Virus genome (UHGV): UHGV-0057547
DNA from: a virus
DNA: 64,000 nucleotides
Strand: one strand, 5' to 3'
A program made the translations under genes and the position numbers. Below are positions 29,800-41,012 of the stretch, in pieces. Numbering within the stretch: the stretch's first letter is position 1; each line of letters opens with the position of its first letter. The notes under the pieces were generated by a model, which saw only the letters and a program-made list of their open reading frames with translations, was not told where the DNA came from and ran no database searches.

Positions 29800-30900
29800 T
29801 ATATATGAATAACTGTTCATATGTTTAATTGTATACAACATGTAATATATAGTATAATGTATCATGTATTAAATATCTTGTATGTAATATTATGCATAAT
29901 GTATTTTGTATGCAATATATAATATACTGTATACATTATTATGTATATTGTATTATATTAGTTTACATGTTAACTATTCTCATATTGATAATAAATAATA
30001 GTTGACAAATAAACAAGTGTTCTGCAATCGAACGTAGCATACTTTATGGTGTTTGTCAACAGTTAATTTTGTCCGAAAAGTTTAGTATAAGTAAACATTG
30101 CAAACGTGAAACCATTGAAAATACTATATTATCATTTTGATAAATTTACAAATACTAAGAAAAATTCATGACCTATTTAAATCGATTCTAAGAGGGCGAA
30201 CAAAATCCCTCTTTATAGTTAATTCTTTATATAAAGTCACCCTATACACTGCTTTAAAATCGACAGTAAAAGGTCGGTATGTATTTTTAAAAAGGTGACT
30301 ATAGTTTTTATTGTATGCATTTTATTGTATACAATTTATTATCATAATGATAATATATGAATAGGTATTCAAGTATTCATATATAGAATTGTATATTATA
30401 TGAATACTTATTCATATGTTTAATTATCAATATGTAAATAGTAAACATGTTAACTATTATCAATATGATAATATATGAGTGACTGTTCATATATTATGAT
30501 TAATGTATACAATATAATATATGGTGTATACGTATGAATAAATGTTCATATATTACTATGCATAATGCATAGTGTATAATGTTTAATGTATACAGTATTA
30601 TATATTATGTATGTTATACTATGTTTAATGTATACAATATATTATATAATGTATAGTGTATGATATACTAAGTACTATGTATGCTGTATAGTGTGCATTG
30701 CATACAATATGATATACTATGTATAGTGTACTATGTACTATGTATACAATATATAGTTAACATGTTAACTACTATCAATATGATAACATATGAGTGACTG
30801 TTCATACAATCAACTGTTATTAATATAACATATGAGTGACTGTTCATAGGTTCATATGATAGTATGATAGAACAACTGTTCCTATGATGTTCTATGTTAG
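29800..30900. repeat. iteron-like non-coding repeat region (candidate origin / partition site)
   Basis: Multiple copies of ATGAGTGACTGTTCATA, AACATGTTAACTANTATCAATATGATAA and TGTATACAATAT motifs; no ORFs. Confidence 0.5.
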
Positions 30901-31137
30901 AAGAACATATGATACAAAGAACGAACTGCTTAGGATTGATTGTAAGGCGTTGGCGTTGTGTCCTTCTTATGTTATATCGTTGAGAGTGTATCTCTTCTTA
31001 TATTGCCTTGTATTGTCTTATAATAGTATATGTAAAAAATAGTGTATAGAGAAAAAAATTTTCTTAAAAATTGTTGCTAAATAAGAGAGGAACTGCTATA
31101 CTTAAGATAATAAATAAATAAAGGGGATTGATAAATA

Positions 31138-31299
31138 TGAAAAAATTATTATTAGTTTTAGGATTGGTTATTATTGCTGTATTTTTTAAAGACTGTATAT
31201 TAATAGGATTAATGGATTTTGTTGATTTTGTGGGAAACTTATTTAACTTGAATGTAATTGTTCCGATTGACTTTTTAAATACTTTATATTATCTATAAG
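31138..31299 (+). CDS. small membrane peptide (53 aa)
   Basis: MKKLLLVLGLVIIAVFF...; leader AAAGGGGATTGATAAAT duplicates that of 29573. Confidence 0.3.
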
Positions 31300-32283
31300 C
31301 AGAGAATAAGTGGGACAAAATATGTCCTACTTATTTTTTATGGTGTATTGTATACAGTATTTTTTATGTTGTATATTGTATGGTGAATTGTTTATGGTGA
31401 ATTGTTTATATTGTATACATTATTATATATTATGTATGGTGAATTGATTATAATGTATTGATTGTTGTGTATTGTATGGTATAATATAATATGAAAGAGT
31501 TTTGTACATTTTTGTCAAATATTGTAATATATAAAGCCTTGTTACACGTGGAACACGGTGAAAAAACTAAGGGGATTTTGTGGGGAATTGTAGGGAATTT
31601 TAAGGAACTTATAAGGGGGGACTCTGAAAATTTTGTGGGACATATAATAGGGGGGTGGGTCGAAAAAAGTCCCACTATAAATTCTTTGTATACAGTGTTT
31701 TAAAAAAGAGTTCTTAGAGAACTATTTACCTTTTCGACATAAAGGGGGTAGTTTTCGTAACTTTTCGTGTTTTTTCGACAATATATGAGTATAGTCCCTT
31801 TATCTACACACTATCAAATTTTATCAAAGTATAACCAAATACTATCAAATTTCATAATATTTTACTATCAAAACACCATCAAAACATAATCAATATTTCT
31901 ACATCATATACCACGTAAAATTAATATCATAAAAATACACTACGTTGTATACACTATATTGTATACACTACCCACATAACACAGTATACTTTACATTGTA
32001 TACACTGTCCATACACCACCTATTCCCTATAAATAAGTAAAAGAGGGGGTACTTTATGATAATATCAATTACTGAATCAATAATATTACCTACATCCATA
32101 TACACCATACCAATAAAATAACCACACTCTAATAAAACAACTATAAAAAAACGTGTTATTTTTGACCAATTTCAGTCTATTTTTAGCCAAAAACATACCA
32201 TTTTTGACCAATTTTGGTACATTTTTGTACTATTTTTAATCAAAAATAACCATAAAATATACGATATATCATATAAAAAGTAA

Positions 32284-32326
32284 TTATATAAAGTTATCCA
32301 CAATTTCAACAAAGTTATCCACAGAA
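32284..32326. promoter_or_regulatory. DnaA-box cluster (TTATCCACA x2 plus inverted TGTGGAT)
   Basis: Exact consensus DnaA boxes at 32284-32292 and 32305-32313, inverted box at 32320-32326. Confidence 0.55.
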
Positions 32327-32570
32327 TAATGTGGATTAAAAATAACGATAAATCACGAAAATATTAATATGACTATTTTTATATCCCATTAAGTCTCGTT
32401 TTTATAGGGTAAATAAAAAAAATGTACGGTTAACCGAATAGGAAAAAATCCTACAAAAAATACATGGTTAACCGTACTCAAGAAATTGAAGTAAATAAAA
32501 TACATGATTAATGATATATAAAAGTGATAGAATGTAAAAAGGTTAAAGAAGTAATGAAAATAGACTACTA

Positions 32571-33332
32571 TTACTGTCTTAATTTGTCTTTTAAGTCAGC
32601 ATTGAAATAAAAAAATTCATCCATCTTTCTTTCAAAATCATCTACACATGAACCTCTATTTAATTTTTCAATCCATTCTTCATATGATTTAGTTATGTAA
32701 TGGTCTAAAGTTATTTTATCCATAGGCGTTAATCCATATGACATAGGACTATAAACTCTTTTGCAATTTGAATCAACAATAGTATTATAATTATTAGACA
32801 TCATAGGAAAATGAGGTGACATTGCTACAATTCTATGAGCTTTAACTATACATTTTCCTCTAATATCATTATAATAAGGTACAACTTTTGTAAATCTTTC
32901 TCTTACTAATCCATCTTCTTTTTTTATTTTGCCATTAGCATTATAAGTTAACCAATCTATATATAATCCATCATATTTTTCATATTGTTGCATAAAGTCA
33001 TTTATATTAGAATTATCCTTTATATTTATAAATTCATCAGTATCTATAAAAGCTATCCATTTTGATTCCCTACTATAATTATATAAACAATTGTTATAAC
33101 ATTTTATTTGAATATTACCATGTTCTTTTACATTTAATTTCCAATCTCTTATAGTACACTTATTTAAATATTCCTTGTTTATACTTTCTTTAATTGGTAC
33201 TGTTGACATATTATCATATATATAAAAATGATTAATACCTATACCAATATGATATTCTAACCATTCATTAATATAAGGATTTTCATCTTTGCATATAAGG
33301 CATATAGAAGTATTATATTTAAAATCCATCAT
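32571..33332 (-). CDS. GT-A glycosyltransferase (GT92/DUF23-like)
   Basis: ICKDENPYINEWLEYHIGIGINHFYIYDN and DxD-type FIDTDEF. Confidence 0.5.
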   Translation of the reverse strand: MMDFKYNTSICLICKDENPYINEWLEYHIGIGINHFYIYDNMSTVPIKESINKEYLNKCTIRDWKLNVKEHGNIQIKCYNNCLYNYSRESKWIAFIDTDEFINIKDNSNINDFMQQYEKYDGLYIDWLTYNANGKIKKEDGLVRERFTKVVPYYNDIRGKCIVKAHRIVAMSPHFPMMSNNYNTIVDSNCKRVYSPMSYGLTPMDKITLDHYITKSYEEWIEKLNRGSCVDDFERKMDEFFYFNADLKDKLRQ

Positions 33333-33637
33333 TATTTTTCTTCTTTTCTATTTGCATTTGGAATAGTTTTTGGTTCAAAATAAACATTAGTTATATTTGT
33401 TGTTATATCTTCATTATCATTCAAATCTGTTGCGTTTAAACTATATACATCTGTATAAATATATAAGTTTTTATCTTTATCATTTATTTCTTTCAATCTT
33501 ATATCACTTGTTTCAACATATAAAATTTTAAAAGAAAGGCTATGTTAGCTAACTTTGTGATTAATTATATCTAAAATAGGCTATAATATAGGTATAGACT
33601 ATATTTCAACTAATTTACAGAAAGGATACCTAATATT

Positions 33638-34684
33638 ATGTCAAAAATAGATATAAAAGCTATGATAAAAGATTTAAAAAAGAATGAACTTACAGAGTTA
33701 ATTTCAGTAGCACAAGAAGTATTAAGTACTTTATTTAATTCTTCTGAAATTAGAGATAATGTTAAAGAAAGTAGATTTTCTAAAGGATACGAGTGCCCAA
33801 AATGTCAATGTAAAGATGTAAATAAAAATGGGAAATCTAATGGAAGACAAAGATATATATGTAAACGTTGTCGTACAAGTTTTGATGAGTTTACTATGTC
33901 CCCATTCTCTAATACAAAATTAGGGTTAGATAAATGGCTAAAATACTGCGAATTAATGATATTAGGACTTTCTATAAGAAAATGTGCTGAAGAAGTAGGA
34001 GTAGGTGTTAAAACGTCTTTTTACATGCGTCATAGGATACTTGATGTAATCAATTTATCATTAAAAAATGATAAAGTTGAAGGTATAGTTGAAGTAGATG
34101 AATGCTTTATTAAGGAGTCTTTTAAAGGGAATCATTCTAAAAGTACTACATTTGTAATGCCTAGAAATCCTAGAAAAAGAGGTAAAGGTAAAAATGATAA
34201 GAAGAAAAGAGGAATATCAAAAGAGCAGATTTGTATAGAGACAGCAATTGATAGAAAAGGAAATATCCTTATGGGTGCTGTTTGTAATGGTAGAATTACA
34301 ACAAATCAAATAGTTAACTTCTTTGACAATAAAATATGTGAAGATGCTACTTTTTGTGTAGATTCACATAAATCATATATGGGAATAAAGGATAAGTTGA
34401 ACATAGAGTTAAAGCAAGTTCCTAGAGGAAAATCAATGATAGATAGTGTTTATCATTTACAGCATATAAATGCTCTTCACAGTAGCTTTAAGAGATGGTT
34501 AATGACTTTTAATGGTGTATCCACAAAATATATCAATAATTATTTGGCTTGGTTTAAATTTCTACAACTAAGTAAGAAGAATAAAAAGAATGACCGAATT
34601 AAAGATATGCTAGTGAATGTAGCTACTAAGGATACATATGTAACTAGAGCCACTATTAGAAATAGATTCATTGAATTAACATAA
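33638..34684 (+). CDS. IS1595-family transposase
   Basis: N-terminal zinc ribbon CPKCQC..CKRC, VEVDECFI first DDE Asp region, C-terminal NNYLAWFKF. Confidence 0.6.
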   Translation: MSKIDIKAMIKDLKKNELTELISVAQEVLSTLFNSSEIRDNVKESRFSKGYECPKCQCKDVNKNGKSNGRQRYICKRCRTSFDEFTMSPFSNTKLGLDKWLKYCELMILGLSIRKCAEEVGVGVKTSFYMRHRILDVINLSLKNDKVEGIVEVDECFIKESFKGNHSKSTTFVMPRNPRKRGKGKNDKKKRGISKEQICIETAIDRKGNILMGAVCNGRITTNQIVNFFDNKICEDATFCVDSHKSYMGIKDKLNIELKQVPRGKSMIDSVYHLQHINALHSSFKRWLMTFNGVSTKYINNYLAWFKFLQLSKKNKKNDRIKDMLVNVATKDTYVTRATIRNRFIELT

Positions 34685-34817
34685 AGTAAGGAACTTTACT
34701 TCAAATTAATGAAACCATTTTATAATTGGAAAACAATTGAATACTTTATATAATATAATTAAGTTCGTAATTATTATATATTGAGAATTAATTATAAATA
34801 AAAAGGGGAAATTTTAT

Positions 34818-35525
34818 ATGGTAAAAGTAATTAGGTTAAGTTTATTTTTAATTGCTATATCATTATTTTTAACAGGGTGCAGTAATTCAAAAGAAGATAT
34901 AACTTTGGATATTAATAAAAATGAGAATTTAATTGATACTAATAATATTAATCAAATTATTTCTAATGATATTTATTCAAAAGAAACCGAAGAACAAGAA
35001 TTGATAAATATAATAGAATCAGTAGAAAAAAATAAACCTACTATGTCAGATGAAGAACGATATGATTTAAGAACTGATATATTCTTTAACTTAAATCAAG
35101 AGCAAGTTCTTAAATTTGGAGACTGTTATACTGCATTGAACCAAGTTATTTTTGATGATAGATATAAAGAATTATTCGATAAGGCAAATAATCGATGGGA
35201 TGCTTATGATAATAATGATTTATATGGAATTGTAAATACTATAAGATACATATCTAATTCAGTAAAAAATCAAGCGTTTAAAAATGATTTAAATAGAATT
35301 GAAGAATTGTGTTCATATGGATTAGAATATAGAGATATAATCGCACTTATTGATGCAAGAAGAATAATGAGAGATATTCAATATCACATATTTGAAGTTC
35401 CATATTTTAAAGAGGGAGATGCTATAGTTGAAATAAATGAAGAAGATTATAGCATATATTATGGAGCTAGTGAAGTATTAGAAGGAGATAGATATAAAAC
35501 TATAGGTATATATAGATATAAATAG
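34818..35525 (+). CDS. lipoprotein
   Basis: Signal peptide with lipobox LTGC; hairpin terminator AACATAGCC..GGCTATGTT downstream. Confidence 0.55.
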   Translation: MVKVIRLSLFLIAISLFLTGCSNSKEDITLDINKNENLIDTNNINQIISNDIYSKETEEQELINIIESVEKNKPTMSDEERYDLRTDIFFNLNQEQVLKFGDCYTALNQVIFDDRYKELFDKANNRWDAYDNNDLYGIVNTIRYISNSVKNQAFKNDLNRIEELCSYGLEYRDIIALIDARRIMRDIQYHIFEVPYFKEGDAIVEINEEDYSIYYGASEVLEGDRYKTIGIYRYK

Positions 35526-35641
35526 TTTAACATAGCCTTTTATAAAATTAGGCTATGTTTTAAATAAGTGTTGAAAATGATATAATATAAACTAAATCGC
35601 AATTGTCATATATTGTGACTTATAAGTAAAACACTATAATA

Positions 35642-35998
35642 GTGTTGATTATGAAGAAAGGTGATGCGATGAAACAAGAAAAAAGGATATATATACGAAA
35701 GTATGTTTCAGCAATTATATTTTCTAACATAATAGTATGGTTTAGCTGGGCATTGCCATTAATACTACTAGATGGTATAAAACTTAATGATGAATATCTT
35801 TTACAATTGGGATTTCTGTTAAGAATAGTGCTAAGTACAATACCTTTCATAGTGCTATTTGATTATACTAAGAGGAAGTATAAAGAAAATAAATTTACGA
35901 AAATGTGCTATATTTGTAGTATTATAAGTATGTTGTTATTACCAACTTTGTTTTTCATATTACATCTTGAAATAGGATATGGAGGTTGGTTTTGGTAA
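35642..35998 (+). CDS. membrane protein (3-4 TM)
   Basis: ORF track; probable start ATG at 35651 (MKKGDAMKQEK). Confidence 0.4.
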   Translation: MLIMKKGDAMKQEKRIYIRKYVSAIIFSNIIVWFSWALPLILLDGIKLNDEYLLQLGFLLRIVLSTIPFIVLFDYTKRKYKENKFTKMCYICSIISMLLLPTLFFILHLEIGYGGWFW

Positions 35999-36106
35999 AA
36001 GTTATAATTTATAGAAGTAGCTTAATAGACAATATTAATATATTACGAACAATTTATAGTAAGTTATATAATCAACCACATATTAGAATTCAATATATTG
36101 AAAATT

Positions 36107-36505
36107 CTAAGGTGTGGTTGTTTTTATGTCATATTTATCACGAAGATAGCTAACATAGCCAAAAGAAATATCAGTACCATATTGACTAGCTTTATAACAT
36201 ATTAATTCATTTTTTTTAACAATATAAACTGGCATGTCTTCATATGAATCATAAGAAAGTAAATTCTTTTTATCGAATAAAAGTGGAATATCTATGCTTG
36301 ATGTACCAACATCAACTATAACATGTATATATCCACCCATATCTAATAATTTTTCAATATTTACATCTTCCTGTGAAATGGTAGCATTACCATATGTATC
36401 TGAAGTAAATGTTATAGGAATCATTTTTGAATCATTAGTATTTACTCCACCTGTTTCATTATTGTTATTAACAATAAAACCAAATTTATTATTTTTATCA
36501 AACAT
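36107..36505 (-). CDS. hypothetical protein with MFDKNNKFGFI N-terminus
   Basis: N-terminal 12 aa and 5' leader are duplicated in the next gene. Confidence 0.45.
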   Translation of the reverse strand: MFDKNNKFGFIVNNNNETGGVNTNDSKMIPITFTSDTYGNATISQEDVNIEKLLDMGGYIHVIVDVGTSSIDIPLLFDKKNLLSYDSYEDMPVYIVKKNELICYKASQYGTDISFGYVSYLRDKYDIKTTTP

Positions 36506-36531
36506 ATTATTTCTCCTTTCTATTCTTTTAT

Positions 36532-37689
36532 TTATTCACTTTTAGGTACAAATATTTTACTAACTCCATTTATTGTTACAACTAGTTCACCATTTTCATT
36601 AAAAGATAACATATTATTTAGACTATCATCTACATATTTTTTAGTAGCTATTTCATCAATTTCTAATATTTTTTTACTCTTTATAATTAAATCATTAGTA
36701 AACACATAATTTTTAACAGATGCTAATGCAGTACTACAAGTAACCAAGTTATTATTAGAAAATGTCATACATAACTCAATGACATGTCCATCTTCCAATT
36801 CGCAAAGAGTGCCAGTATATCCAACTGTTTTATTTGAAACATATGTTAATTCATTAATAATATCTCCATAACAAGCATAATAAATATGTTTTCCATCATT
36901 AGGATTTATAACATTTAAATTTTGACTTGGTGAAATTCCAGCTCCACTATCATTACATTTGTCCAACTCAGACTGTGGTACAGTTAAAACAGTTTCTAAT
37001 TCATCAATTAAAAATTTATTATCTACATATCTTTTAGTTACTGGTTGATATGTATCTGTAGGTGTAAATTCATTAGAATTATCTAATGTTAAATAATTTC
37101 TTCTTCTCACATATACAGATACAACACTATTTTTAATTGAATTAATATCTTCTTCTGATATATATCCTGATGAGATTCTTACTTGCAATACACAATAAGA
37201 ATTATCATCTATTGTTGTTGTAGCGTTTGTACATCTCTTATTAGGTAATACTTTTACTGCTATATAACCATATTTTATTTTAACGCCGGAATAATTGATT
37301 GCATCTGATAATTCCATTTGAAAAGATTTTCCATATTTAATATCACCTGATATAGCACCAGTTTTTATTTCGTTTCCAATTTTATATTTTACACTAAAGA
37401 ATAATTCATCTAAATCATTTAAACCATCTAAAGATTTATTTATATTACAAACGAATAAAGGTGCTTTATAATTATTGTTGACAGTTGAGTTTCTCATTTG
37501 TTCAAATGAAATTATATCAGATAATTTTGATTCTACAATTAAAAAATTTTTTGAATATAAATTTTCACTAATAGTTTGGATATTTTTAAGTTCTAAAACA
37601 TCAGCTTTATCATCTATATATTTTTTTATATCTGAACTATTTGATTCATTGTTATTAATGAATCCAAATTTATTATCTTTATCAAACAT
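36532..37689 (-). CDS. hypothetical protein (possible virion / receptor-binding protein) with MFDKDNKFGFI N-terminus
   Basis: 385 aa, S/T/N-rich. Confidence 0.45.
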   Translation of the reverse strand: MFDKDNKFGFINNNESNSSDIKKYIDDKADVLELKNIQTISENLYSKNFLIVESKLSDIISFEQMRNSTVNNNYKAPLFVCNINKSLDGLNDLDELFFSVKYKIGNEIKTGAISGDIKYGKSFQMELSDAINYSGVKIKYGYIAVKVLPNKRCTNATTTIDDNSYCVLQVRISSGYISEEDINSIKNSVVSVYVRRRNYLTLDNSNEFTPTDTYQPVTKRYVDNKFLIDELETVLTVPQSELDKCNDSGAGISPSQNLNVINPNDGKHIYYACYGDIINELTYVSNKTVGYTGTLCELEDGHVIELCMTFSNNNLVTCSTALASVKNYVFTNDLIIKSKKILEIDEIATKKYVDDSLNNMLSFNENGELVVTINGVSKIFVPKSE

Positions 37690-37769
37690 TTTATTTCTCC
37701 TTTCTATTTATTATAAAAAAATAAAGGGAAATATATAGAATCATATCTATTATTTCCCTTTATACAAAA

Positions 37770-38063
37770 TTAATTTAACCCTATATATCTAACTTTTGAA
37801 CCACTTTCAACAACAACTATTGATTCTATTATTACATTTCCTAAACTTAAAGTTTCATTAGCACGCATTAATATTTTGTCTCCGTCATTGAATATAACAT
37901 TTATTTCTCCTTCACCCATGTTTTGAACTTGAACGTTAGTTATTGATTCTATAGTTCCTTCATTACCATCAGATAATATTTCTTGATTTTCTTTTTCAGT
38001 TGTAACTACTTTACCTCTAACTTTAACTGCCATTGTCTTCACCTCCTTAATTACATTATACAT
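37770..38063 (-). CDS. hypothetical protein
   Basis: ORF track, 97 aa. Confidence 0.45.
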   Translation of the reverse strand: MYNVIKEVKTMAVKVRGKVVTTEKENQEILSDGNEGTIESITNVQVQNMGEGEINVIFNDGDKILMRANETLSLGNVIIESIVVVESGSKVRYIGLN

Positions 38064-38127
38064 ATATAATATAATACTTGATTTTTAAAAAAAACATTAG
38101 TATAATAAAATTAAAAGGAGAGATTTA

Positions 38128-38295
38128 ATGGAAGAAAAGAAAGTAAGTTGTGGATTTTGCAAATATTTTAGGGTAAAAGATTTAGGAAATGGATTTTGTG
38201 AAATCCTATGTGATAAAAATGAAGTAAATTTACCTTATCAACCTTGCGAGGTTTATGAAGAAAAACTAAAATCTAATGAACAGAATGGAGAATAA
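38128..38295 (+). CDS. small Cys-rich protein (55 aa)
   Basis: Unlisted ORF MEEKKVSCGFCKYF..CEILCDK..PCEVYEE with RBS AAAAGGAGAG. Confidence 0.4.
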   Translation: MEEKKVSCGFCKYFRVKDLGNGFCEILCDKNEVNLPYQPCEVYEEKLKSNEQNGE

Positions 38296-38297
38296 AT

Positions 38298-38540
38298 ATG
38301 GATAAAAAATACAACAAAATGGATATGGAAATGTTAAATGTACCTTGTGGTAGTGTTATTATGGAATTTGAAAAAGATGGAGAAGAATATAAGGCTGAAA
38401 TAATAAAAATACCTATTAAATATTTTTTAATAACTGATATGCTAGATGGATTTATGAAAAGAATTATAGAAGATTTATATAAGCAAGGTTGGGATTTTTC
38501 TAAAGCAATAGATTTTACTGAAATAGTTAATGAAGATTAG
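38298..38540 (+). CDS. hypothetical protein
   Basis: ORF track, 80 aa. Confidence 0.45.
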   Translation: MDKKYNKMDMEMLNVPCGSVIMEFEKDGEEYKAEIIKIPIKYFLITDMLDGFMKRIIEDLYKQGWDFSKAIDFTEIVNED

Positions 38541-38566
38541 AGAGGATACTATCCTCTCTTTTTATA

Positions 38567-39517
38567 TTATTTATAATCTCTAAATACCATAATAATACCA
38601 TTATTTCTTAAGACTATATAACCTGTTTTTACAGTAAAAGAATATTCATATCTACTTCTAAATAATTTCATATTTTTTACATTTGCTCTAAGACCTAAAT
38701 TGTTCATCTTTAAAAGATGGTCTTCATATTTATGGCAAGGAATACCATATAATGTATATGCCATTTGAATAAAATCTAAACTATCTTTATCTTTAGGTAT
38801 TATCTTATTGTTCATATCATTTAATCTATCTAATTTATCAACTATAAATCTTATTTCATCATAAGAATAATTAAGTATACTCTTAAGAAATACATCTTTA
38901 TCTCTAGGTAAACTAAAACTTAATGTTCTCCAACGAACATCTTTTTTATATCTTACTTTACATTTATTTAATAAAACTTCCCAAGGTTTCATGGTTTTTT
39001 CAAACTTTTCAATAGATTCATCTCTCATATCCAAAGTGCATACATTAGATTTGTCTATATTTCCATACATTATACTTCTTAACATTAGTTCCATTTTATT
39101 TTCTGTTAATTGACTGCTAGTATTAGAAATATAAGTAAAAGTATTTATAAATAAAAAATGAGAAAATATTGATTTTTTAAGTGGAATATCTTTAGTCATA
39201 ATATCTACATATCTATTATCATGTCTAAATATTACATCTCCATATTCATTTATACTAGTATCTCTATATTTACCAAAGAATATTCCTTCATCATTTATTA
39301 ATATATCTAATTTTCTTTGAAAAGTAATCCTATTTAATCCTTTAGATTTTCTTTTAATATAATTGAGTGGTAATAATAATTCAACATGTTTATCTTTAGG
39401 AAAATATGTTAATACCTTTTCTCCTTTTTTATAATCTTTTATATATTTCCATTCTTGTCCATTAAAATACTCCATATTTTCTCCAAAGAAAGTATTTCTT
39501 GTTTCTAATCTTGGCAT
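38567..39517 (-). CDS. hypothetical protein
   Basis: ORF track; start ATG 39517 (MPRLETRN) after AGGATTGATATTA. Confidence 0.5.
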   Translation of the reverse strand: MPRLETRNTFFGENMEYFNGQEWKYIKDYKKGEKVLTYFPKDKHVELLLPLNYIKRKSKGLNRITFQRKLDILINDEGIFFGKYRDTSINEYGDVIFRHDNRYVDIMTKDIPLKKSIFSHFLFINTFTYISNTSSQLTENKMELMLRSIMYGNIDKSNVCTLDMRDESIEKFEKTMKPWEVLLNKCKVRYKKDVRWRTLSFSLPRDKDVFLKSILNYSYDEIRFIVDKLDRLNDMNNKIIPKDKDSLDFIQMAYTLYGIPCHKYEDHLLKMNNLGLRANVKNMKLFRSRYEYSFTVKTGYIVLRNNGIIMVFRDYK

Positions 39518-39743
39518 TAATATCAATCCTTTCTATTTTATTTACATATATTAAATAAGACAATAAAATTTTATACGATATTTCGAGTAATTTATTTTAC
39601 TTTTAATAAAATTATGAGTATAATATATATAAAATAAATAAAAACAAAGGGGAGATAACAGTTAAAGATAAGTTATAAAATTTTATAAAATACTATTGAT
39701 TTTTATCACTTATCTTAGTATTTTATAATAAAGAGGTGATAAA

Positions 39744-40874
39744 ATGATAAAATCATTCACTATTAAATTATATCCAAATAAACAACAAGAATTATTATTT
39801 TATAAACATATTAATTGCCAAAGATATATTTATAATTGGGCATTAAATTTAAATAATGAATTGTATAAAAAAGATAAAAAGAAATATTCTTCAACAGAAT
39901 TAGGTAAAATACTAACGCAATATAAAAAGCAAGAAATTTGGTTGAATGAAGTTTCTAATGCAACATTAAAAGAATCAATTAGAAATTTAGACAAAGCATA
40001 TACTAATTTTTATAAGAAAAAAGCAAATTTACCTAGATTTAAAAGTAAAAAGAAATCTAAATTAAGTTTCTATAGTAGATATGAGAAAATTAAATTTTAT
40101 GAAAATAATAGAGTTAATTTAGAAAAAATAGGTAAAGTTAAATATAAATCTAGTTACAATATTGATTTTAGTAAAGAAACTTCATTCAAGAATCCACATG
40201 TTAGTTATAATGGTAGATGTTGGATTTTAACTTTTGCATTAGATATTGAAGATAAAATTGAGTTTTTGACAAATGAAGTAATAGGAATAGATTTAGGAAT
40301 TAAATATTTAGCAATTTGTAGTGATGGTGTTGTTTACAAAAATATCAATAAAGAAATGAAAGTTAAAAAATTAGAAAAAAGATTAAAGAGATTACAAAAA
40401 CAAGTAAGTAGAAAATATGAAATGAATAAGAAAGGAGGTCGTTACTTTAAGACTAATAATATTAAAAAGTTAGAAAAAGACATTAAACGTATTCATCGAA
40501 GACTTAAAAATATAAGATTGAACTATTTACATCAAACAACTGCTGATATTGTGAAAACCAAACCATACAGAGTTGTAATGGAAGATTTGAGTATAACTAA
40601 TATGATGAAGAACAAATCAATAGCTAAGCAAGTATCTAAATTAGGCTTGTATGAGTTTATAAGACAAATGAAATATAAATGCGAGTGGAATGGTATTGAA
40701 TTTATACAAGTAAATAGATATTATCCTTCAAGTAAAAAATGTAGCAATTGTGGAAATATTAAAAAAGATTTGAAGTTATCAGATAGAGTTTATAAATGTG
40801 ATAAATGTGGATTAGATATTGATAGAGACTTTAATGCTAGTTTAAATCTTATGAATTATGGATTATCACATTAA
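39744..40874 (+). CDS. tnpB: TnpB (IS200/IS605-family RNA-guided nuclease), no adjacent TnpA
   Basis: IGIDLGIKYLAICSDG, VVMEDLSITNMMKN, CSNCG..CDKCGLDIDRDFNASLNL. About 55% identical to the first TnpB over the C-terminal half. Consensus promoter TTTACTTTTAATAAAATTATGAGTATAAT upstream. Confidence 0.85.
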   Translation: MIKSFTIKLYPNKQQELLFYKHINCQRYIYNWALNLNNELYKKDKKKYSSTELGKILTQYKKQEIWLNEVSNATLKESIRNLDKAYTNFYKKKANLPRFKSKKKSKLSFYSRYEKIKFYENNRVNLEKIGKVKYKSSYNIDFSKETSFKNPHVSYNGRCWILTFALDIEDKIEFLTNEVIGIDLGIKYLAICSDGVVYKNINKEMKVKKLEKRLKRLQKQVSRKYEMNKKGGRYFKTNNIKKLEKDIKRIHRRLKNIRLNYLHQTTADIVKTKPYRVVMEDLSITNMMKNKSIAKQVSKLGLYEFIRQMKYKCEWNGIEFIQVNRYYPSSKKCSNCGNIKKDLKLSDRVYKCDKCGLDIDRDFNASLNLMNYGLSH

Positions 40875-40888
40875 AAGATAACCATAAT

Positions 40889-40958
40889 ATGTACCTATTC
40901 GTTAGTGGGGAATTTAAGTCCTTCAAATATTATTACTAGAGTAGGTTTGCTGAAATAG
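40889..40958 (+). ncRNA. reduced E-like element 3' of the second tnpB (candidate omega-RNA / right end)
   Basis: ATGTACC..GGAATTTAAGTCC..GCTGAAATAG parallels the start (ATGTAGG..CGAATTTACGCCC) and end (CACTGAAAC) of the E elements in RNA sense. Confidence 0.35.
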
Positions 40959-41012
40959 AATAATAAAAGGAAATTATAACTTTTTTATAAGTTTTAAGTA
41001 ACGGAGATAGAT

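Noticed and set aside
33545-35555. Inverted repeats AAAGGCTATGTTA / TAACATAGCCTTT as IS1595 ends
   Set aside because: The right copy is part of a self-complementary terminator hairpin, so the match may be coincidental.
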